The notes below the pieces were generated by a model. It made no database searches. It was not told the origin of the DNA and saw only the letters and a program-made list of their open reading frames with translations. Below, in pieces: positions 45,545 through 56,934 of a stretch of DNA of 64,000 bases. Made by a program: the position numbers and the translations under genes. Position 1 is the first letter of the stretch; every line of letters starts with the position of its first letter. Origin of the DNA: Dimorphilus gyrociliatus (taxonomy: Eukaryota; Animalia; Annelida); the NCBI GenBank assembly GCA_904063045.1, contig CAJFCJ010000057.1, forward strand, positions 1 to 64,000. The letters run 5' to 3'.

Positions 45545-48500
45545 ATGTCTGATAAACAAAGAGAAGATATTCAACTTGCTTTAGCTAATATAATAAAATC
45601 TCCCGTTCTAAATGATCAACTATTAAGGAATTTGCCATATCAATATGTTAAAGATATATTAATTTCGGTAAATATTTTTTTGAATATTCAACCAAATATT
45701 GTATTTTTTTTTTCCAATTTAGGTTTTGAAGGCAACTGACCTGAAAGATATTCTAACAGATGATGATTTAAAGTTTAAAATTGATGTATGACTGTAGTTT
45801 AGGGCCAACAGAAAACGTCGCCAAGCGAGATAATTGAAAACTAATTTTGGATTGAAGAATGATTAGGAGGACCAAAGTAGCTTTTGATTTGTAGTTAGGG
45901 AGGAGGGGATTTTCATCTAAAAATTAGGATGAAACAATGCATTTGGAGACGTTTTCTGTCGCATCCTCATAGTTGTTATTCCTAAAAAAAATAAATGATT
46001 CTAATAATGTTAATTATGACTATTTAGACTTTCGATCAGAAAATTCAACTTTTAGAAAAGATAATTAAAGCAGTTGGTAAGTTTTTTTATTTATGCTTCT
46101 TCTTTTCATGAAAAGGAAACATTTTCTCTTTAAAGGCAAAGAATTACACGAATCAAATTTTGTTGATGCAAATGATATCGTTTCTGGGAAAAATGTCAAT
46201 AAAACTCTGCAGTTTTTACTTATGTTAACTAGACTTAACAGGATTACAGAAGATGGTAAAATGTTTTATTATTTAAATTGTTATATATTGTAGGAATAGT
46301 TGATTTTTCTACTTTTGAAGAGTGGATGCAATAGTCAATTATCCCTATGTCTATCTATCCTCAAAACTTATATTTTTCTTGTTTCTTTCAAATAGAAAAG
46401 AGTGAACTAAAATTAGGTTCTGAACAACCTATAGAAGTTGAAATTGGCTCTAACATAGAAAATAAACATATAGTACAAAGAAACAATATGCCATTAAAAT
46501 TATTGTTCAGTAAAAGTTTAGAGGTTAAAAAAACAATTTTGAATAATTTTTGAATAAAGAAAAACAATTATATTTCATTTATTGTAACTTATAGAATCCC
46601 GTATATAAAGTCACTGAAAACAAGAAAACTTTTCAAATTAATTCAATAACATTGGAAGATGTAGACTTCTTAAATGATTACTTTTTTTGTTTAATCTTTC
46701 AAATTAAAGGAATAATTAAAGAATTTGATGAAGTAACTATAATTTTTTAAAGAATGGCAGTATTTTAAATGAAATCAATTATATTTTGTCTTTCACAGTT
46801 ACCATGGATACCCCATTCATCTAAAATTACAAATTGCAAAAATATTACTGATTGGGCAGTATTTTGGACAAGCAAATCAGAAAAACAAACATTTTTGAAC
46901 AAATCAAAAACATTGAGAGCGGTAGACTTAAAAGAAAAAAAATACAAATATATTCATTTTTCTTCATTTTGTTTTTAGGTTAATACTTTTGCTGGATGTA
47001 ATTCTTTGAGCACTTGGAATAATGAAAACTCTGCAAAAAGTAGGTTTAAGACACTTAAGAATTCGACTCGGATAGAGTAGTCATATATTTATAATCTCAC
47101 TTTGTCTCTTTCTCCAGCTCAAATTGCTTCTGACGGATCATATTGGAATGATAAAAAGGCTGTTATAATTCATTTTCACAGCTTATATAAAGATAAAGAA
47201 CAAAAAGGATCTTATGATAGAATATTCCAGAGAATTAATTTTGAATCTTTAATGATAAATCAAAAAATTGAATATTGTACAAATGTTTTAAATTATTGGA
47301 AAGTAAAAAATTGGACATTTTATGATTGTTACGAAGTAAGATACAAGTTTCGTTTATCTTTTCTTCTCTCTCTCTCTGTTATATCAATTTTTATTCACAA
47401 ATTTAGGATTATGTTCACCTTTTATCTCCGAAACAATCACTTTTTATCATTCCATTCAATTTAACATGCAATGAAGAAAATCTTTCAAAATATTTCATGG
47501 ATGTAATTATTGGACTTTTGCAAATGGTAAAAACTCGTTTCTTCCTTTACTATGACTATTAAATCCAAATATTTATCTGTTATAGAATTTGTGTCCAAAC
47601 ACTCTACCAGTTGTCATTTTTATTGGATTTGGAACTAAGATAAACGAAATAGCAGCTAAATATGCTCTAATTACAATGATTGAATCATTAATAGAGGATT
47701 TTCACGATGCTATAAGAAAAAGATCAAGGTAATTCAATAGATTTAAAAAGGATTATTAAAGCGATAATATAGATTGTTCTAAAAATAGTATTGAAGAACT
47801 CTCCAAAATTAAATTCAATGATCAAAATAACATTCACAACTTAGTGGCTTTAACTGAATTGTTAAAAGAATTGAAAGAAAATCTGGAGGATAATAATTCT
47901 CATATCATTTCTTTCCTTAATTATGACAATCAAAAGGATCTTAAAGTAAAACTATTTAAATTCCTTTTTTTTTTAAAGATAGAGTTGTATTGTGATCTTT
48001 AGGACTTGGTGGAAAATATGAAAATATCATTTCAAAATGTTACTCATAGGAAACAAAAGTTTAAAGTAGTTTTTTTTCTATTCAATTATCTTTTCCTACT
48101 TCAAAGATAGTGAAATTTGATTTTTGTTTTCTATAGTATTCTGATGATATCATTGATAAATCTATTGCTAAAATTGAGAAAATACTTGACGAAAAGGAAG
48201 ACTTTTTAACGGTAACTCAACTTATGAAGGAAATTAATATTGAAGGTAAGTTTTTTTTATATAGTTATTAAAATCTCTCATCTTCTCTTCACAGATCTAC
48301 TTGCCCTGGACATAGATGATAAAAAAGAAAAATGCTATGCTGAAAAGATATGTCAATTTCCATTTTTCGATGTTTTCCAACTATGTTATACTTTAGTTTG
48401 TAGTTTTATTTTTTATATTATTTATCAACGTTTGCTCCATTTTTAAAATCCAGGGACATATAGTACTTTTGAGAAGTTTTGCTTGTGAAGAATGGTTTGT

Positions 48501-50777
48501 TGCCAATCCAAAATGGTTTACAAACTTGATACAAAAATTGCATAACATCTCTGAAGAGTGTAATGATCGTGTAGAAGATGATTTATTCTTTTTTCGCAAG
48601 AAAACAAAAGTGTGTCAGATAGCTGAATGGTATTGTTCAACTTTTAAATTTCAATCAGTAAGTTATAAAGCTTAGAGGTGTAAAAAAAATAAAAAAGCCT
48701 CTATTAAAAAATGTATTCATTTAGGACATTTTTGAAGTATTTTTTGGGGCAGAATTGTCATTGACCTTATCATCTACAACATTATTTTTTCCCATTCAAT
48801 TATCAACTTGTGAAAAAGATATGATGAAATTAATGAAGGTAATTCTTTTTAAAAGTAAAAAGAAGTGATGATCTTTTTTTCTGTAAAAAGGATGATAAAT
48901 ACACTGCTAAAGTTTCGTTAATCTATAATTTGAAAACAACACTTAATGAATGGGTTCATTGGCGAATTATCTATTATTTTCATTTCATTTTCCAGAAAGA
49001 AAATATGGATACGACTATCAGTGATCTTTATCACAATTGGATAACACTTCAATATGGACCTGTAGAAGCTTTTATTTGCTTTGATGATGCTGAATGTAAA
49101 ACCATTAAAGTTTGCTGTAGGGTTTTTGAAAATGATAATTCTCCTATTCTACTTGCAAACATTGCAAAAGAAATTGAAACTATTATTGATTATTCATTGA
49201 AAATCTCATCTGTTTATTTCTCAGTAAGCAAGATCTATTATTATAGGCACAATATTAAATCTCTTGGTTCTTTTCTTCTTTTTTGTCTTTTATTAGAAAA
49301 CTATGAAAACTCCGTGGGGAGATGAACTTGATAAAATGAAAAAAGATGACGACGACAGATACTCGACTTTAAATTTAAAATTTTGTAAGAAAACATATTC
49401 CTCTTTAAATTAACCCAATCAATTTTTTCTTGTTATTTTTTTTACAGTTAATAATTTTTATTTAAGCTTTGATCATGAGATACAAAGACATTTTTCGGTT
49501 TCATGCTCAAATAAATGTATTCTAAGAAGAGAACATTTTCTATGGAAAATGCATAAAGAGATATATCCAACTTTCAAACGTGAAATGATAGTTAAAGATG
49601 ACAAAAATGAATTTACTACAATTAAAGAAAGAGATCTTTCAGATAATTCTGCTTTTGACTTTATCATGGATTTAATAAACTTCTATTCAATTACATTAAT
49701 CAATTGTCAAAATTTAAAATTTGAATTAATGTAAGTAAAAAAAATCTTTAGTTTTTCATAGTTTTTCAAATGTTAGTAATCATAAGCTTTTCTTTTGGTA
49801 AAAATAGTGATAGTTTTCGAGGATATTCAATTATGTTCAATTCACAAGAAAACACAGTTAAAAGGATAAGAAAAGATAAGGAGGATAAACTGGTAGACTT
49901 TTCTCTAAATGAATATTCCATTGTAACTGTGAAACTATTACCACAACATGGAGAATATAAGTCTTATAATATGGCTTTTTCAGTGAGTTCTGATATATTT
50001 CTTTTTTATATTTTTTGAAATATTTTTTGTTTTTTTTTGTTTCAGAGAAAAGAAATTTGTTTAAATATTTATTTAAATGATATTTCAATACTAATGTTGC
50101 CACTGGAATCTCAATCAAAAGTTATTTTTAAATTTCATGAAGCAGATAGCAATTTGATATTTGACTTTACATATGCTCCAGTAAATATTTGTAATTATTC
50201 TCTTTATCTATTTCGTTATCTCTTTTTCTCTCCTAACCTATCAGAGACAAGAATTCAATTTTTCACATGACTCTATTGATATTGGTCAGAAGTTATTTCA
50301 TAGTTTTTCTGGAGATATTGCAACTGTTGGTATGTTAAAAATTTAATTTTGGCTAGTGAAGTTGTTTTCTAATTGAAGAATTTGTATCCCTATGCCAGAG
50401 GCCATTTTACCAACAGAAAAGTTAATTTTGGTTTCTCGAATCAATAAATCATTATCACAAGATGTTAAATCAATCGAATACATCAAATTGTCATTGAAGA
50501 ATGTTGAAGAAGTGAAACGCTTTTTTGCACAATACTCTAATGATGATGATAATGATCAACATAAGATATCAGGTAGGGTTCTCTTATCAAGTCTAATAGT
50601 TTACTCTACTAATAGTTGTATTTTTCTTAGAAGAGTTTCTTGGTTATTTAAATGCTTACAATTGCCAATCAGTTCCTAATCACTGGATAAAAAGTTTAAT
50701 GAGTGCAAATAATGAAGATGACATACCTTTACCTGATAGAAAAGGCGTTTGTCTATTTTCCAATCTAAAATTATCCA
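45545..50777 (+). CDS. Multi-exon coding region: IFT54/TRAF3IP1-type CH domain followed by a degenerate Roc-COR-like region
   Basis: Spliced N-terminus IQLALANIIKSPVLNDQLLRNLPYQYVKDIL...KIQLLEKII...IVSGKNVNKTLQFL matches the IFT54 N-terminal CH pattern. Later QL|GHIVLL...WFVANPKWFTNLIQKL and VEAFICF...IKVCCR are COR-like. Many 45-70 bp introns; the start may lie upstream (about 45462). Confidence 0.7.
45801..45966. mobile_element. MITE family A, older intronic copy
   Basis: TIRs AGGGCCAACAGAAAACGTC / GACGTTTTCTGTCGCATCC. TSD decayed (only TAGTT shared). Confidence 0.7.
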
Positions 50778-50838
50778 GTAAAATATTTATTTTACTTTTT
50801 TCCTTTCGTATTTATCTGTATGTGTGTGTGTTTTTAAG

Positions 50839-53800
50839 CCTTTGTTAGGAAAAGCTACGGAATAACACTTTTCGAATCATCGTATCGTGGTTGGCAAAAT
50901 GGGATTTTTTTCCCTCAAGAGTTGAGAAATGAGTCATTCATTTATTTAAATGAACTCATTCACTTTGATAAAATGACAGCCTATTTAATCTGTACACCTG
51001 CATCTACTACACATGATGGTCATAACAACACTCATATAATGAAAAAATCAGCTAAAACTATTTCAAGAGTTACTTTTATGAAGGATCTTGAATTTTATAT
51101 GATTTTAAAGTTGTCATTATGGTTATATTTCAATAGAAGTGATATAGTTAGTATAAAACATTAAATAAAACAAACTATTTATTGTTCATTCTACACCTAA
51201 AAGCTTGTAGACAATATTGAATCAAGTCAGCTTCAATTCTATTTTTCATTTTTGATAAATAAATATCCAGATATTGATATACTGACAACTGACCTCCAAA
51301 GTGGAAATATACAAGTTCCATTAAGTGTTCAAACAGTATGAATATTTAATGTCCTTTTTGTTTCTTTTTAATTTACTCTATTAATAAAATATTTTTCACC
51401 AGCTTCTTAAAGAATGTGTACAAACTAAATTGGGTACAGTTTCTAATCCAGATTCTGGGCGCTTTTTGTGCTATTTTCACAACAAGAACTTGAAAACTAC
51501 TAACAAAGAAAGGGATAAGTTTCTAGATTTAATATCAGAAGACAAGATACAAACTGTGGAAAATGATATTCTAAAATTTGATTATTGCCAACAGTAAATT
51601 AATTGTTTTTTAAATCCAGATAATAAAAGATTGTTTTTCAGTTTCAAACTTTTAACAAAATGGTATATTACTAATGACGAATATAATATAGACGGAAGAG
51701 AAGGAGGAGAAGATGAACTATTTGGAAGAGTAAAAAAACTAAACAGATTAAAGTCTATAGCCCTCAAAAATTGCAATATTTCTACATTTGCGACAAATAT
51801 TGACAGGCTATCATCCAGTCTCGAAAATTTGCATATAATGAACAGTCCAATTACGACAATCTCTCCTTCAATTGGAAAATGTTCCTTAGTAACAAATTTA
51901 CATTTAAACGATCTTTTATTGACTGATTTACCAATGGAAATGTCTAATTTATTCCATTTAAAGTTTTTAAACCTGGGTGGAAATTTATTTAAAAGCGTTC
52001 CAAGAGTGATTAATCAACTGAATTGTTTGAAATTTTTGCTTTTACCTGCTATTAATTTCAAACCATTTCATTTAAATATCAATCAATCTTCCATAGTAAC
52101 AATTGATGAATGGAAAAATGTATATACTACACAATATTCCCGACTGAGCCATATCGGATTTGATGAAACAAATATGCTAAAGATTTTTAAAGATGCTGCT
52201 ACTGCAACCAGTAGTGATACTTTAACAACTACAGATCAAATTGAAGATCTTCACGCAACACTTTATAAGACACTACCAAGAATCTCATCATGGAGTGTTT
52301 TAAATAATATTAGTAAACAATCTTACAAGACTCTTACCTTTTTGGATTTAAAATATCAGAGTTTTAAGATTTTGGATGACAGTATTGGGTATTTGGAAAA
52401 ATTAGAAAGTTTACATTTATCTTTCAATTTACTTCTTGAAGAGATAAGCCCTAAAATTGCTGATCTTCCTTTAAATCAAATACTTTTTTATAATTGTCCA
52501 TCATTGAGAACACCTCCTAAGGTAATGGCTAGGTCAAGTGCAAAATACATTAAAAACTATATGAGAGCCCTAAGTAAGGGATTTGTGTCATGTAAAAGAA
52601 CAAAGTTGATGCTAGTTGGCCTTGGCGGCGCTGGAAAAACAAGCCTAGTAAATGCACTAACAGAAAGTAATCAAGAGAAAAGCGAAAAAATAGTGAAAAA
52701 TACTCAAATTACAGATGGAATTTGCATTAAAAAATGGTTTATTAACTCTATTGAATATTCAATATGGGATTTTGCAGGACAAACAGTCTATTACAACACT
52801 CATCAGTTTTTTTTGTCAAATAGAGCTGTTTATTTTTTAGTTTGGAATGTGAGATCTGGAGAAGAGCACGCTGGTCTAGAATTCTGGTTAAATTCTATAA
52901 AATGTCATGCTCCTAAAGCTCCAATTTTCATTGTAGGAACTCATATTGACCAGGTGCTCTTAATACAATTACAATAGGCCTATTAATTAAATATGGTTAA
53001 TATCCAATCTTAGGTTGAAAAAAGTGAACTACCAGTAAAGAAATATCAAAAGAGATATGCACAAATAAAAGGATTTTACTATGTTTCTTCTCTTACTAAA
53101 TTGGTTGCAAATTTATTTTTTTTACTTTTTCATTTTATAGTTTGACATTTATAAACAAAAAACAAACTTTTAAACTGTACAAACAGGGTTTCAAAGAATT
53201 AGTTGATGCTTTATTAGAAATAACTTCAAAAGAAAAATATATGAACGAAAAAATACCAAGTCTTTGGTTAGACTTCGAAGAAGCTCTGTTTAAGTAAGTA
53301 AATATAAAAAATAATTAATATACACTTTAACCTTTGACCCTAAAACAGAGAAAGTAAAACTTTAAATATAATTTCAATTGATAAAGCTATGGATAAAGCT
53401 TTCCACTGTGGTATAGTTGAAAAAGCTGAGGTTGATATTAAATGTTTTTGCTTTACTTATCTCGTTCATTCATGTTCCTTGTACAGTTTTACCAAGCTGT
53501 TGAATTTCTTCATCAGTTGGGATCTGTTCTGTACTTTCAAAATGAATATTTAAGGAAAAAAATTATTATAAATCCTCAATGGATTGTTGATGTAATGGCT
53601 TGCATTGTTTCAGTTCATATAAATCCAATTAAAGTTTGTAACTTTTTAAAATTTTTCATATGTAGAAAGGATTTTTTGTTATTTTTTAATAATGTAGAAT
53701 GGAAAGTTGTTACATGATGACTTGAGTAAAATTTGGCCAGAAGAAACGTACTCTAAAGATCTTCATCAATGGCTTTTACGTTTAACTGAAGAGTTTGATT

Positions 53801-56728
53801 TGACATTTTGCTTAAAAAATGAAATGGCTAGTTTAGTTCCCTGTCTTCTTCCTGATGTTGAACCAGACGTAATAATTTAATAAAATATTAATTAATAATT
53901 GATATATTTTCATTCTGTCATAAAAAATATTACTCAGGATTTTTGGGAAGAAGAACCTTTAAAGGAAAATGAAGTGCAATCTAAGATGATGCTCAATTTT
54001 GATTATCTGCCATTTGGTCTTTTTAACAGAGCTCAAGTTAGACTTTATCAGTTTGGCGATGAATCTCTAATCTGGAAATCTGGCTCTTTTTTGAGAAAAA
54101 ATGGTCACAGGGGTATTTTGAAGAAAACCAGGTAGGGCTTTTTGTTTAATATTATCATTTCTATCATTTACCAATATATATATATATATATAATTGTTAA
54201 GCTTATCAAGCATTCTTATGGAAGTTAGAGGATTAAAACCTGAAAATGTACTTTTTCTTGTCCATGAAGTATTTGAAACATTAATTGCAGAGTCATTTGA
54301 AGGAGTTCAATTTGATTTTAAAGTACCTTGCCCTGAATGCATTTATCAAAATTTGCCAGATCCTAGTATGGTCAAAGCAGTGAGAATAAGAAGGGCACTA
54401 CAGTTAAAAATTCCTTTTATGCAATGCACTCGCAATTTCCATACTGTGTCAATAACTCAACTTCAAAGTAAATTTGCCTATACAAAGCTTTTTATAGTAA
54501 AATAATGACGTTATCTGTTCACAATTAGATATGTTACCTCCTGAGAGCAGTGAAGAATTAGACATGCATCTACAAAGTGCTGTTACAGAGTTAAAGAAGA
54601 TACAACCAGGCCCATTAACAAATGTAGTAATGTTATATTGTTTATCTGACGATCCTCCCAGTGAATTAGACAATAACAGCTATGTTTCTGCAACAAAAAT
54701 AAAAAACGAATTAGAAAAATCAAACTTTTCAATGTAAGGTTTTTCTTTCTATTTATAAAAGTTTAATTTTTAAATTCTTTTTTAGAAAAATGTATAATGA
54801 TTCTTGTGAAAGTTATTTTGAAGAGGCAATAGCTTCATTAAAATCTACACAAGTGGTACTCACACTAATGACAGATGATTTTGTTAAGAATACTACTTGT
54901 AGAAATTTATTCATTTACGTGAAAAAGAATTTAGTAAAGCAAAATCAATTAATTTTAATTAAGAAGAGTGATAAATGGAAAAAGCATACAGATGTTGGAA
55001 TGTTATGCTCGGATGATGTAAGTAAACAATTTTTTTGGTCCAAAAGAGGTTTAAAGATGGTTGACAATCTTTTTCTTAAAGATCTTTTTTGATATTTTTG
55101 ATTAATGATTTCAGTTAAAAGTTAGTATATCTTATAAAGTGATTTTTTAAAACCTAAAATATCATTCGATTGGGAAGGTCAACTGTCATTTTAACCTATT
55201 TAGAAAATGACTATTATTTCAAAACTTCCTACCTATTTAGTTATACATCAACATGCAAAACATTGAGAACTTCAACTCAAAAATGAATGATTTGAAAAAT
55301 TCATTAAATATCAATTCGAAATCATCTACTGAATGGCAGCCATGTTTTATAAGTTATTGTTGGAGTAATTCTCAAATGGCTATAAATAGAGGGACAAAAT
55401 TAAATGAAAAGGCACTTGGTAAAACAGATCCAAGACTATTGAAAGAAAAGCTTGAAGAAGCTGGAATTAAATGTTGGATGGATATTGAACAAGTAAATAG
55501 AGGTGGTTTATTTCAAGATATTGCTGAAGGTTTAAAAAAAGCTAAAATTGTTGTGGCCTGTGTATCAGATGAATATGTTTCATCTAAAAATTGCCAGATG
55601 GAATTCCGCTTTGCAGCTATTACATTGAGATTACCAATTATTCTTGCTATTGTTGGAACTGGTAAGAATTGGATCAAATCTGAAATTGGAATGATATCTC
55701 TACAATATCCAAGAGTTGACCTTCAAGAGAGAGATACTAATGTTGTAGAAATTGTTGACTTTGTCAAAGAAAGGCTTTCTACAGAAAAATTAGACGAAAC
55801 TATAAAAAGTAACAAGGATACAAATCATGAAGAATTTGCTGAACTTTTAGAATTAGCAGAACGGAAGCTACTAAGACAATTAACTATTTTACAAAACTTA
55901 TCCAGAGGATCAAATTTTCCACATATTCCAATATTAGATTTCTCTCCAAATTCAGATGAAAATTCCATAATGGAATATTATTTTCTCTTCCTTTGTGAAC
56001 ACGATCAGGTAAGGGTCAGTAAATATTAATTTCAAATATATTATTAAGATTATGCTCAGGGTTGGCATCTGCCCGATAATCACCAAGTTATTAAATGGAA
56101 TGTTCCATTTAAAAGCGAAGAAGCTGAAAAGCATTTAAGAGAATGGTCTGCTTATTTGGTTAGAATTTATGCCATTCTCCAGTACAGTCACATTCAACTA
56201 CATGTACTGAGGAGTAAAGAAGGACAAAGTTTTCTTGAGCAGTTGCAAACGACCCTTTCAAAGAAAAGCTTCAGAGATAGCTATGTATCTCTGTTGGAAT
56301 CAATAGCAAATAAAATGGATCATCAATATAACACTAGTCTGCCAACTAGTTTAGCCAAGTGTCAGATATACAATGGAAAAATTCTATGGTTGTGCAACTA
56401 TCACCAAAAACAACCAAGAGTAACAATCCTTCAGTCAGATGAAACAAATTTTACTAAGGATTCTAAGACAAATAAGGAAGAAGTACTACTTGAAAAAATT
56501 AAAGGACAGAATGAGCATGGAATTGTAAAGGAAGAAACTTCTCAATATTTAGAAAATAAAGTTTTAAATAAAGAGGAAAAGAAAGAAGAAAAATTGATTA
56601 AAGATGATACAGACAATTCAAATAAAACGGCAGCAAAAAGTCAAGAAGAAAAGGAAAAAAAGAAAGTTATCAATGACCTAATTAGTAATGGAGGTAGAGC
56701 TAAGAGTATAGCTTGTGTAATCTGTTAA
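50839..56728 (+). CDS. Roco-family protein: LRR - Roc - COR - degenerate TIR - TIR - CaaX
   Basis: LRRs, then G1 GLGGAGKTS, TDGI, G3 WDFAGQ, G4 GTHID and COR (FLHQLGSV...INPQWIVD, EEFDLTF). TIR PCFISYCWSNS...CWMDIEQ...SKNCQMEF. Ends ACVIC*. A phase-consistent GT-AG path was traced for the 5' exons and part of COR. Confidence 0.92.
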
Positions 56729-56934
56729 AACATAGCAAACTATATCAGATGTATACCATTTAATACATATGTTATTATTATAGAAAATGTAATTAAAAGT
56801 GAATGAAAAAAAGAGCCAAATACAATAAATATATTTAAAAGGGAGTCAATATAAGTGAAAATAAGGAAGTAGTGTGTTCCTCGTACTTAAATTCAAATCA
56901 CGTGACATACAATCAAAATGTTTATATTTTGCAA

